Made by a program: the position numbers and the translations under genes | Assembly (NCBI RefSeq): GCF_000009705.1 | Contig: NC_003272.1 | Span: 3,150,001-3,182,000 of the forward strand | Direction: 5' to 3' | DNA: 32,000 nt | DNA from: Nostoc sp. PCC 7120 = FACHB-418 | GTDB taxonomy: Bacteria > Cyanobacteriota > Cyanobacteriia > Cyanobacteriales > Nostocaceae | Shown: piece by piece, positions 1 through 8,100 of the stretch | How positions within the stretch are numbered: position 1 is the stretch's first letter | Layout of the letters: each line of letters starts with the position of its first letter | The notes under the pieces: generated by a model | Database searches by the model: none | What the model was told of the DNA's origin: nothing | Seen by the model: the letters and a program-made list of their open reading frames with translations, nothing else

Positions 1-3000
1 AATGTCAGAAATGGACACATCAATATGTTGACAAGTCAAATTCGGGTATTCTTGGGGAATTACCTTCACTAAACCCAGAATCGTAGCATCATCAGGGTTA
101 AGATTTTCATTTCCCAGAACATTCTGTACTTGCTGAGTCAGTACATAAATTGACAGGGATGAGGAAGATAAAGCCTGAGTGAGCCAAAGTAAACTGTAAA
201 AACCCAGATTTTGCTGTTGTTGAAAATTTGTGCGCTCTTGGAGAGTCCAGGAATGTATAATTACATCAGGTAACTTATCATCTGTTTGTAATTGTAACCA
301 CAGTGTTTTGTAGTCTTCAGGGTTATGAGGTGCGATCGCATAATTATCACCTTCTTGAGTAAATCCCTCTCCCGGTTTGACAGTTACTACTTCCTGTCCC
401 GTTTCCTGAAGATGTTGTACTAATCTTTCCCCAGCATTCCCAGCATGACAAAATACTAAATATCGCTGTTTATTTAACGGTGCAGCAGAACGCAACAGGG
501 GTTTTTGTCTCCAAGAGGGCAAATAAAACCAATTTGAGATTTGTTCCTGCTTCTGGAGCGTTTTAGAGGTATTAGAAGTAGTTTCTGGTAATGTATCCCT
601 TTCTACCCAATAGCGTTGACGTTCAAAGGGGTAAGTTGGGAGGGGTAATCTTCGGCGTTGCTGTTGGGTATAAAGTTCTGACCAGTTGATAGTCACACCC
701 CTGAGCCAAAGTTGTCCCAAGGTTTTGCAAATCAAAGCTACATCAGATTGGGTGTCTTGGGGATGTCGTCCAGATGATAAGGTGGGGGGTGCATCGGGAA
801 ACTGTCTGACGAAGGTACTTAAAGTTTGACCAAAACCAACCTCTACAAAAATCTGATTGGGTGTTTGTTGGAGTTCGGTAATTCCTTCAGCAAATAACAC
901 TGGTTGACGTAAATGGGTAGCCCAGTAATTAGGGTTTGTGGCTTGTTCTGGAGTTATCCAAGTTCCCGTAACGTTGGAAATGAAGGGAATTTGTGGCGGA
1001 TGGAGGGAGATATTTTGTAATATTTGCGTTAAGGGAGTAACAGCAGTTTCCATCAAGGGTGAATGGAAAGCATGGGAAGTATGTAAACGTCGATGAGTAA
1101 TATTTTGATGTGTGAGCAGTTTTTCTAGTAGAGTAATTGCGGCTTCTGTTCCCGATACGACGCATAACTCAGGTGCGTTATGGACAGCGATGACTAAATC
1201 ATCAGTCAAAAACGGTTGCAATTTCTCAGGCGCAAGGGAAACCGAAAGCATGACTCCCGATGGACATTGTTGCATCAATTTTCCGCGCTGTGCCACTATT
1301 GCCAAAGCATCAGCTAAGGTGAAAACACCCGCCAAAGTTGCAGCCACATATTCCCCAATGCTGTGACCAATCATAGCCTGTGGCTGAATACCATAGGATA
1401 ACCAGAGTTTCGCTAGGGCGTACTCTACGGCGAATAGAGCAGGTTGGGCGTAGGTGGTTTGGGTTAGTAATTCGTAATTCGTAATTCGTAATTCGTAATT
1501 GAGATTGGGGACTGGGGATTGGGGACTGGGTGAATTTTCGTTGTCCTGTTTAAATAGGATGGAAGGTAAATCACAGCCTAGATGTGGTTGTAATAATTCG
1601 CTGCAATGGTCAATTTCTTTGCGGAAAACTGGTTCGGTGTTGTAGAGTTCTTGTCCCATGTTGAGGTATTGGCTACCCTGTCCAGGGAACATAAAAACTA
1701 TGCTGGGTTCGGTGTTTTCTGGGGAATAACTCAACAGTTGGGAAGCATCAACTCCTGTGAGGATTTCAATTGCTTGGGCAGGGGTTTGACAAACTAAGCA
1801 ACGACGATGGTTAAATGCTCGTCTACCAATTTGGAGAGTGTAAGCTACATCTGCAAGGTTTAATTCTGGATGCTTTTGTAAATGTGTAGCAAGGTTGATT
1901 GTTGCTTGCTCAAGTGCTTTCTCACTTTTAGCTGATAAACATAATAGATGATAATTAATTTTGAATTTTGAATTTTGAATTTTGAATTGTGTTGGTGCTT
2001 CTTCTAAAATTGCATGAGCATTAGTTCCACCCATCCCAAAGGAACTAACTCCAGCCCTTCTTGGGTGTTGATGATTTATCCAAGGTGTCAACTGAGTATT
2101 AACAAAAAATGGACTATTAGCAAAATCAATTTGCGGATTCGCCGCCGTAAAATTTAAACTTGGAGGAATTTGTTTGTGTTTGAGAGCCAAAGCAGTTTTA
2201 ATTAAACCACTGATACCCGCAGCCGCATCTAAATGACCAATATTAGTTTTAACTGAACCAACAGCACAGAATTGTTTTTGATGAGTATGTGGTGAAAATG
2301 CTTTAGTTAAAGCTGCAATTTCAATAGGATCACCTAAAGCTGTTCCTGTTCCGTGAGTTTCAATATATTGAATTGTCTCTGGATTTATCTTAGCTTTTGT
2401 TAACGCAGTAGTGATAGCTTTTGCTTGTCCGGTAACACTGGGTGCAGTTAAACCTACTTTTTGCGAACCGTCATTATTTATTGCTGTTGCTTTGATAATT
2501 GCATAAATATGGTCGCCGTCTTGAATAGCATCCCGCAGTCTTTTCAAGACAACAATTCCCACACCATTACCGAATACTGTGCCTTTCGCGTTAACATCAA
2601 AAGCCCGACAATAACCATCTGGAGAAAGTACACCATCTTCTTGATAAAGATAACCTGCTTTTTCCCCTATACCGATAGACACACCACCAGCAAGTGCTAT
2701 ATCGCATTCTTTATTTAATAAACTTTGACAAGCAATATGTACACTGACCAAAGAAGTAGAACAACCAGTTTGAATACCACAACTCGCACCTGTCAAATTC
2801 AATTTATAGGAGACACGAGTAGGCATTAAACCCATAACATTGCTGATCACGACTTGAGTGCGATCGCTATTTTCTCGATAATTAGAATTACTCGCTAAAT
2901 TCACCAAATAACTATTCAGTGCAGCCCCACCATACACAGCAATATTACCCGAATACTGCTCTGAATCATAGCCAGCATTTTCTAAAGCTTCCCAAGCACA

Positions 3001-3384
3001 TTCTAAAAACAACCGATGCTGAGGATCGAGAATTTCCGCTTCTCTAGGAGAATAACCAAAAAAACCGGCATCAAACTCATCAATTCCCGCCAAACTAGCA
3101 TAAGCCCGGACATAATTTTGTTTTTCTAAATCCTCCGCCTTTACCCCATTTGCTAATAAATCTTCATTACTTAAAAACTTAATCGAGTTAATACCATTTT
3201 TCAGATTATCCCAAAACTCATCAACATTTTTAGCCCCCGGAAACCGCCCCGCCATCCCAACAATAGCAACTTCCTCAGACCTTTCTAATTCCACCGCTTC
3301 TAACTTAGTCCGAGCCTCCTTAAGCGCAGCCAAAATACGCTCAGATGCAGGGTGATTTTTAATATCATCAATGGAATAAGACAT
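1..3384 (-). CDS. Type I polyketide synthase, N-terminal part (docking helix-KS-AT-start of KR-like region); 3' end beyond left edge
   Basis: Absent from the ORF track because it has no in-window stop. Reverse-strand translation from ATG 3384-3382 gives MSYSIDDIKNHPASERILAALKEARTKLEAVE... and stays open to base 1. I checked the frame codon by codon over 1441-1560, 1951-1992 and 1-60. KS motifs: GIQTGCSTSLV (Cys codon 2761-2763), ETHGTGTALGDP, KTNIGHLDAAAG. AT motifs: GHSIGEY (Ser codon 1360-1362) and HAFHS (~1058-1082, malonyl-type by the HAFH rule). Post-AT linker YPFERQRYW. The last residues ...ILGLVKVIPQEYPNLTCQHIDV look like the start of a KR region. Confidence 0.85.
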   Translation of the reverse strand, partial: MSYSIDDIKNHPASERILAALKEARTKLEAVELERSEEVAIVGMAGRFPGAKNVDEFWDNLKNGINSIKFLSNEDLLANGVKAEDLEKQNYVRAYASLAGIDEFDAGFFGYSPREAEILDPQHRLFLECAWEALENAGYDSEQYSGNIAVYGGAALNSYLVNLASNSNYRENSDRTQVVISNVMGLMPTRVSYKLNLTGASCGIQTGCSTSLVSVHIACQSLLNKECDIALAGGVSIGIGEKAGYLYQEDGVLSPDGYCRAFDVNAKGTVFGNGVGIVVLKRLRDAIQDGDHIYAIIKATAINNDGSQKVGLTAPSVTGQAKAITTALTKAKINPETIQYIETHGTGTALGDPIEIAALTKAFSPHTHQKQFCAVGSVKTNIGHLDAAAGISGLIKTALALKHKQIPPSLNFTAANPQIDFANSPFFVNTQLTPWINHQHPRRAGVSSFGMGGTNAHAILEEAPTQFKIQNSKFKINYHLLCLSAKSEKALEQATINLATHLQKHPELNLADVAYTLQIGRRAFNHRRCLVCQTPAQAIEILTGVDASQLLSYSPENTEPSIVFMFPGQGSQYLNMGQELYNTEPVFRKEIDHCSELLQPHLGCDLPSILFKQDNENSPSPQSPVPNLNYELRITNYELLTQTTYAQPALFAVEYALAKLWLSYGIQPQAMIGHSIGEYVAATLAGVFTLADALAIVAQRGKLMQQCPSGVMLSVSLAPEKLQPFLTDDLVIAVHNAPELCVVSGTEAAITLLEKLLTHQNITHRRLHTSHAFHSPLMETAVTPLTQILQNISLHPPQIPFISNVTGTWITPEQATNPNYWATHLRQPVLFAEGITELQQTPNQIFVEVGFGQTLSTFVRQFPDAPPTLSSGRHPQDTQSDVALICKTLGQLWLRGVTINWSELYTQQQRRRLPLPTYPFERQRYWVERDTLPETTSNTSKTLQKQEQISNWFYLPSWRQKPLLRSAAPLNKQRYLVFCHAGNAGERLVQHLQETGQEVVTVKPGEGFTQEGDNYAIAPHNPEDYKTLWLQLQTDDKLPDVIIHSWTLQERTNFQQQQNLGFYSLLWLTQALSSSSLSIYVLTQQVQNVLGNENLNPDDATILGLVKVIPQEYPNLTCQHIDVSISDI
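1467..1501. repeat. (GTAATTC)x5 heptamer array (last unit degenerate) inside the PKS AT domain
   Basis: Counted directly. Read in frame as NYELRITNYELL. Confidence 0.95.
1504..1531. repeat. STRR1-type array (ATTGGGG/ACTGGGG)x4 inside the PKS AT domain
   Basis: Counted directly. The coding strand is CCCCAGT/CCCCAAT, read as SPSPQSPVPN. Confidence 0.95.
1957..1991. repeat. (AATTTTG)x4 plus one degenerate unit in the KS-AT linker
   Basis: Counted directly. Read as QFKIQNSKFKIN. Confidence 0.95.
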
Positions 3385-3435
3385 AATTTTTCTACTCTTA
3401 AAATCTCTAATATGGAACTAAGAAAACTTATAAAT

Positions 3436-3466
3436 CTCACTCTGCGCTTCTGCGTCTCTGCGTGAC
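3436..3466. repeat. CTCACGCAGAGG-family repeat (CTCTGCG orientation) forming the 3' end of the 191-aa ORF
   Basis: ctcactctgcgcttctgcgtctctgcgtgac. Confidence 0.85.
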
Positions 3467-4012
3467 ACATTTCTCCAAATTCTCAGGATTAATAAACTGA
3501 CAACGACTACGAGCAAAAGCATCTAAAACATCAACAGCACAACTACGCTCAAATCTTAAACTACCAGCCTCCTCCCCACCGAACTTTTGACAAACTGCTC
3601 GATGAGACTTAGCCAGATAAAGATAAGCATCAACAAACCCTTGATGTTCAGCTTTTAATTCTGTTGGTAAATTAGCAAAATGAGGTCGTAACTGTTTCCA
3701 AACTTTAATCAATACTGAATGTTCCCAAGACATCAACCCACTAAAATCATGAGATTTAACATGAGGAGGCATCATCGAAGGACGAATTTCAGCTTCATAT
3801 AATTCTGGGCTTAAGCTACCTGCTAATTCCATTGATGCACCAGAAGCTAACATTAATTTCGTAGCTGTTTTTAACTCTATTTGTGCTTGTTGTAAATTTC
3901 CGTCTATTAATTCTAAATTAAAGCGATGCAAACAAATAATTAATCCTTGAATATTGATAAAAAATGACCAATGGAAACCTTGCCAAATTTCCTGGGGTGT
4001 GAGTTTTAACAT
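3437..4012 (-). CDS. Hypothetical protein, 191 aa, His-rich and apparently helical; no family recognised
   Basis: ORF in the track, same strand as the cluster. It lies 52 nt upstream of the PKS start. Its ATG overlaps the stop of the preceding ORF (ATGTTAA, 4012-4006). The last ~10 codons (VTQRRRSAE*) are encoded by a CTCTGCG-type repeat at 3436-3466. Confidence 0.6.
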   Translation of the reverse strand: MLKLTPQEIWQGFHWSFFINIQGLIICLHRFNLELIDGNLQQAQIELKTATKLMLASGASMELAGSLSPELYEAEIRPSMMPPHVKSHDFSGLMSWEHSVLIKVWKQLRPHFANLPTELKAEHQGFVDAYLYLAKSHRAVCQKFGGEEAGSLRFERSCAVDVLDAFARSRCQFINPENLEKCVTQRRRSAE

Positions 4013-4455
4013 GACTCTAAGTTAAGTTGAAATACTCTGTCTAAAAGATAGACATAATTTTTAAAGCCTTCTCTTTGTAGTTCAATTTGAGTAATATCTA
4101 GATTTAAATTGTCTTGTTGGAGATACAAGAAGGTTTGACAAGCTGATAATAAACCTTTGACTAAGCACAATTCTGGTTCATTGCTTTGGACGTGTTGGAC
4201 ATGAAAGTAGGTGTCAAAGTCTTCTATTTCCCAGTATTTTAAGGTTGTTTGTGTAGAAATTGTTTCTAGGGGGAATACATCATATATTTCTAGTTCAGCT
4301 ATTGCAGTTTCAATGTTGTTGATGGCTTGTTGAATATCGGGTTTATTTAATGCTGTTAATAGTTCTGTGAGGATTTTTTTGAGTTTAATTTGGGTGGGTG
4401 GGGTTAGCTGTTGTTGGATGGGGAGTTCTGCGGGGTTTAAGAGTTCTAGGAGCAT
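4006..4455 (-). CDS. Hypothetical protein, 149 aa; no family recognised
   Basis: ORF in the track, co-directional, with a 7-nt overlap with the 191-aa ORF that suggests translational coupling. No catalytic motif recognised. Confidence 0.55.
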   Translation of the reverse strand: MLLELLNPAELPIQQQLTPPTQIKLKKILTELLTALNKPDIQQAINNIETAIAELEIYDVFPLETISTQTTLKYWEIEDFDTYFHVQHVQSNEPELCLVKGLLSACQTFLYLQQDNLNLDITQIELQREGFKNYVYLLDRVFQLNLESC

Positions 4456-4464
4456 ATTTTTTTA

Positions 4465-4506
4465 ACGCAAAGGGGCGCAGAGGGAAACGCGGAGGGGCGC
4501 GGAGAG
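4465..4506. repeat. CGCAGAGG-family repeat, intergenic
   Basis: acgcaaaggggcgcagagggaaacgcggaggggcgcggagag. Confidence 0.85.
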
Positions 4507-4510
4507 AAGA

Positions 4511-5998
4511 TTAGTTGTTAATAAATCCTTCGTTGCGTAGTTCGTTAATACTGTCGATAAAGGCTTTTTTGATGAGATTAATATCTTCTTCGGTGTGTGC
4601 TGTGGAAAGAAAACCGCCTTTGTCTCCTTGGCGCAGATGTATTCCTTTTGTGATGAGGTGATAAGAGAGTAAGTTTATCGCCATTGGGGGAACTGCGCTT
4701 TGGGAGGCTGCTACAGCAAAAAATGAGCCAAAGCTAGTAAACTTGATAGCTATACCCTGCTGTGTCATGTGAGTATTTAAATCGTTGACGAGTTGCGTAG
4801 TCCGTTGATTTAATTCGTTGTGTAATTCAATACCTGAAATTTTGAGGTGTTGTAAGGTGGCACGGGCGGCGGCGAGGGCGAGGGGATGTTTGCAAAATGT
4901 TCCAGCAAAGAAGGTTGTGGGAACTTGAGGCGTGGAATCATCTCCAAATTGCCATTGTCCACCGTCTATGTAGTTCATGTAACTAGCTTTCCCAGCAATT
5001 ACCGAAAGCGGTAGACCTCCCCCAACGATTTTGCTATAGGTTGCAATGTCGGCTTTTACACCAAAGTGTGCTTGCGCTCCTCCTGGGTGGATGCGAAAAC
5101 CTGTCACCATTTCGTCAAAAATCAGGACTATTCCTAGTTCTTGGGTGATTTGTCGTAGTTGTTGCAGAAATTCACGCGGTTGCAGTTCGGGACAACGGCT
5201 TTGTACTGGTTCTACTAAGACGGCGGCGAGTTCTCGGCGATGTTTGCGAATCAGCTTTAAAGAATGTTCGTTACCGTACTCTAAAATCAGTACGTCAGCA
5301 GCTGCACTGTTGGGAATACCTGGGGCTGCGGGTACGGCTTTGGGATTGAGGTTGGCTGTGAAAAGGGCTTGAATTGGTTGGGCTAGTCTACCGATAAAAC
5401 TACCAGATTTAGCGGCGATGATGCGACGGGCGGCTTTTTTAGCATATTCTGTCATTGTTGCCCGGACAAGTACAGAATCAAAGTGTCCGTGGTAGGAGTT
5501 GGTGAAAATCGCTATTTTTGGGCGTTTTGTGGCGGCGCGGGCGATACGCACGGCTGTCATGACGGCTTCTGTACCTGTGTTACTAAAGGTGACTCTTTCT
5601 GCACCTGTTAGTTCGCTGATGAGTTGGGCTACTTCGCCAGCTAGTGTATTTTGGACACCGATGTGCATTCCCTGTTGTAGTTGTTCGCTGATGGCTGTTT
5701 GAATGAATGGGGGGTTATGTCCAAATAAGTTAATTCCTAGTCCCATGAGGATGTCTATGTATTCGTTTCCATCGACATCCCACAGGCGAGAACCGTTGGA
5801 TTTTTCGATAGCAATTGGGTAGCAGAGTTCTTTGGTTTCTGGTGCAAAGTTGAAACCTATTGAGGTTTTATCGGCTAGTATTTGGCGATTTTGTTGGGCT
5901 ATTTTTTTGGAGGTTTGGGTGCGTTGGTTGTAGTTTTGGATGAAGTTTTTTAGGTGGTTTTGTTGGGGGGTTGTTTGGGGTTTTTGTGTTGTTGTCAT
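4511..5998 (-). CDS. PLP-dependent class-III aminotransferase of the glutamate-1-semialdehyde aminomutase-like 'AMT' type found in PKS/NRPS lines (stand-alone here)
   Basis: The N-terminal stretch FIQNYNQRTQTSKKIAQQNRQILADK...KELCYPIAIEKSNGSRLWDVDGNEYIDILMGLGINLFGH is typical of AMT domains (MycA/McyE type, from memory). Other motifs: SNTGTEAVMTAVRIARA, IFDEMVTGFR. Putative PLP-lysine in ATYSKIVGGGLP (Lys codon 5030-5032). Confidence 0.88.
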   Translation of the reverse strand: MTTTQKPQTTPQQNHLKNFIQNYNQRTQTSKKIAQQNRQILADKTSIGFNFAPETKELCYPIAIEKSNGSRLWDVDGNEYIDILMGLGINLFGHNPPFIQTAISEQLQQGMHIGVQNTLAGEVAQLISELTGAERVTFSNTGTEAVMTAVRIARAATKRPKIAIFTNSYHGHFDSVLVRATMTEYAKKAARRIIAAKSGSFIGRLAQPIQALFTANLNPKAVPAAPGIPNSAAADVLILEYGNEHSLKLIRKHRRELAAVLVEPVQSRCPELQPREFLQQLRQITQELGIVLIFDEMVTGFRIHPGGAQAHFGVKADIATYSKIVGGGLPLSVIAGKASYMNYIDGGQWQFGDDSTPQVPTTFFAGTFCKHPLALAAARATLQHLKISGIELHNELNQRTTQLVNDLNTHMTQQGIAIKFTSFGSFFAVAASQSAVPPMAINLLSYHLITKGIHLRQGDKGGFLSTAHTEEDINLIKKAFIDSINELRNEGFINN

Positions 5999-6011
5999 AG
6001 GTGATTTTTAG

Positions 6012-6063
6012 CTCACGCATTCGACGAAGTCGTTCTCGAAGAGTAGGCGCAAAGACGCAAAGG
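6012..6063. repeat. CGCAGAGG-family repeat, intergenic
   Basis: ctcacgca...ggcgcaaagacgcaaagg. Confidence 0.75.
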
Positions 6064-6071
6064 AAGAAAGG

Positions 6072-6950
6072 TTAGATGTTTACGGGTTTACGACAAAGGA
6101 AGTAGGCTGAGTGTCTATCGTCTATTGTGGGGTTTCCTTCTAGGGTGAGGATTTGAATGTCGGTGAATCCTGTTTGTTGTAGGGCTATTTTGATTTCTTC
6201 GGGGATATGTCCTCTAACAAAATATTTTTCGTCCATTCTTTGCCAGTTTTTTTCTTTGGCTTGAAATACGGATAATAGTTTTATACGGAGTTTATATAAA
6301 AGGTTGTGGTTTAATATTGGGGATAATAAACGCCAAATTATTTTTATTATGCGGGCGGATGATGGTTTGGTTTTTTTCTGAAACATGGTGACTTGAAAGT
6401 AGCCTTGACGTTCTTCTGGGTTGTAATTTGGTGTCACCATCCAAGCGTATTTATTTTCTATTTCTCCTTCGGCAATTTTTCCTCTCCACCAGCGTTGCAT
6501 TTGTTGATGATGGTTGATGTCAAAGAGAAACCAGCCGTTTTCTTTGAGGGCGGAATATACTCTTTGAAAGACTTGCTGGAGTTCGGGAATTGTCATGATG
6601 TGGTTGAGGGCTGCGCTTGTGGAAAATGCTGCGTCGAAGGATAGGGGAAGTTCAAAGTAACGCGCATCTGCTAGGAGAAATTGTCCGTTTGGGGCGTTTT
6701 TACGGGCGTAATTTAACATTTCTGAGGAGTTATCTACGCCTGTTATTTGATATCCTCGATTGATTAAAGTTTGGACTAGTTGTCCTGTTCCACAGCATAA
6801 GTCTAAGATTTTGGCGTTTGGTTTTATTTGGGGGAGAAGGATTTTTTCTAGGGGTTTTAGTTGGTTTTGGCTATATTCTGGCCCCATTGTTTGGTTGTAT
6901 AGCCATGCCCAGGTGTCGTATTCTGTATGGTTTGGGTTGTTGGAAATCAT
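6072..6950 (-). CDS. Class I SAM-dependent methyltransferase
   Basis: Motif I ILDLCCGTGQL (~6783-6811), acidic post-I GVDNSSEML, motif II-like FDAAFSTSAALNH. 292 aa, co-directional, 27 nt after the preceding stop. Confidence 0.85.
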   Translation of the reverse strand: MISNNPNHTEYDTWAWLYNQTMGPEYSQNQLKPLEKILLPQIKPNAKILDLCCGTGQLVQTLINRGYQITGVDNSSEMLNYARKNAPNGQFLLADARYFELPLSFDAAFSTSAALNHIMTIPELQQVFQRVYSALKENGWFLFDINHHQQMQRWWRGKIAEGEIENKYAWMVTPNYNPEERQGYFQVTMFQKKTKPSSARIIKIIWRLLSPILNHNLLYKLRIKLLSVFQAKEKNWQRMDEKYFVRGHIPEEIKIALQQTGFTDIQILTLEGNPTIDDRHSAYFLCRKPVNI

Positions 6951-6958
6951 GTTTTTAA

Positions 6959-7000
6959 ACGCAGAGGTACGCGGAGGTTAACGCAAAGGTGCGCGGAGGT
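6959..7000. repeat. CGCAGAGG-family repeat spanning the intergenic gap and the last codons of the hydroxylase-R gene
   Basis: acgcagaggtacgcggaggttaacgcaaaggtgcgcggaggt. Encodes ...NLRAPLR*. Confidence 0.85.
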
Positions 7001-8100
7001 TTGAGGGAGGTTTTTGGATGAGGTTTTTTTGGATGAGGTGGGAGAGGTAGGTTTGAATTAGGGTTTCGTTGATGGTTGGTGGGGGGATGAGTTGGTTTAG
7101 TATGGTTTGGGTTTTTCTGTTGTCAATTTGTAGTTTGTTGTTGGTTGGTGTTTGGTTGGTGGTTCTTTGTCTGGGTAATAGGGGAATTAGAGGATATAAG
7201 ATGTGTTCTGGGGAGTTTTGGGCTATTTGTAAGATTTGGTTGCGCCATTGATGATATGAGGTTTTCTTAATTTCAATGCCGACTTTTTTTAGTTGTTCAA
7301 ATACTATGTCTGAGGTTGTTGCTTGTGGTTGGATGATATGGAATATTTGTTGGTTGGATGTTATTTTTGATAGTTCAACAATGGCGCGACAAACATAATC
7401 TACTGGTAAGATTTCTAAGGGCATTGGTGTATCTGGAATGCTGCCTAATTGGACGTAACCTAACAGCAGTTTATAGAGGAAATCGTTTTGATTAAATACT
7501 CCTGTTTGACTGTCTCCTGATACTGCTCCTAAGCGATAAATTTTTACGGGTATTCCGCGTTTTACTGCTGTTATCGCTAGTTTTTCTGCTGCCCATTTAC
7601 TCTGAGGATAGCCACCAATAGGTATGCCATAATCATCTAAGTTAGCATCTTCTGTCACCTGGAAATTACTATTTTTATTACCTGCCAAAATACTGATTGA
7701 GGAAATTAAATGTACTGGTTTTAGTTTGCTCTGGCTGGCTAGGCGGAAAATTTCTTGAGTACCTAAAACATTCGCTGGTTTTAAGCGGCTGTAAGGTTCT
7801 GTGTGATTTACTCGCGCTCCGTTATGATAAATTACGTCTATCTGGTTGGCTAGGTTTTGAAATTTTAGTTCAGATAGTCCTAGTTTTGGTTGGGCTAGGT
7901 CGCCTACTATGGGAATAATTCTATCTGAGTATGAGCTATCCCAAATTTGGTAATCTTGTAAGGTTTTGATGATTCTTTGGGTGGCTATTTCAAGATTATT
8001 GGCTTTAATTAAACAATAAACTGATGCTGTGGTTTTGTTGAGTAGTTCTCTTAGGAGAAATGCGCCGATAAATCCGGTTGCACCTGTTAATAATAATGAG
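6978..8100 (-). other. Thioester reductase (SDR-type R) domain
   Basis: TGATGFIG nucleotide-binding motif, YCLIKA, YxxxK as YPQSK. Borders are approximate. Confidence 0.8.

Noticed and set aside
929-2718. Short ORFs 929..1165(-), 1112..1366(+), 1606..1797(+) and 2461..2718(+) listed where the track shows no large gene
   Set aside because: They lie in other frames of the PKS coding region, and the KS and AT motifs define the real frame.
3437-4012. Assigning the 191-aa protein to the tryptophan-dioxygenase/haem-peroxidase-like superfamily
   Set aside because: There is only a vague resemblance (FSGLMSWEH versus SGFQS-type, and SHRAV...FGGEEAGS versus H...GTGGSSG). The spacing is wrong and GTGGSSG is absent, so the evidence is too weak to call.
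3437-4455. Calling the 149/191-aa pair a frameshifted pseudogene
   Set aside because: This is possible. However, an ATG overlapping the upstream stop is a normal coupling arrangement, and I have no homologue to show a single-gene ancestor, so I left them as two CDSs and flagged the question.
5046-5702. Plus-strand ORFs 5046..5372 and 5499..5702, and similar ones at 6393..6644, 6760..6981, 7069..7251, 7697..7918, 9611..9832, 12479..12846, 14274..14723, 17424..17648, 20238..20568, 21691..22164, 22704..22916 and 28161..28439
   Set aside because: All are short, low-complexity or Cys/Arg/Ser-rich antisense shadows of motif-rich minus-strand genes. None has a recognisable domain.
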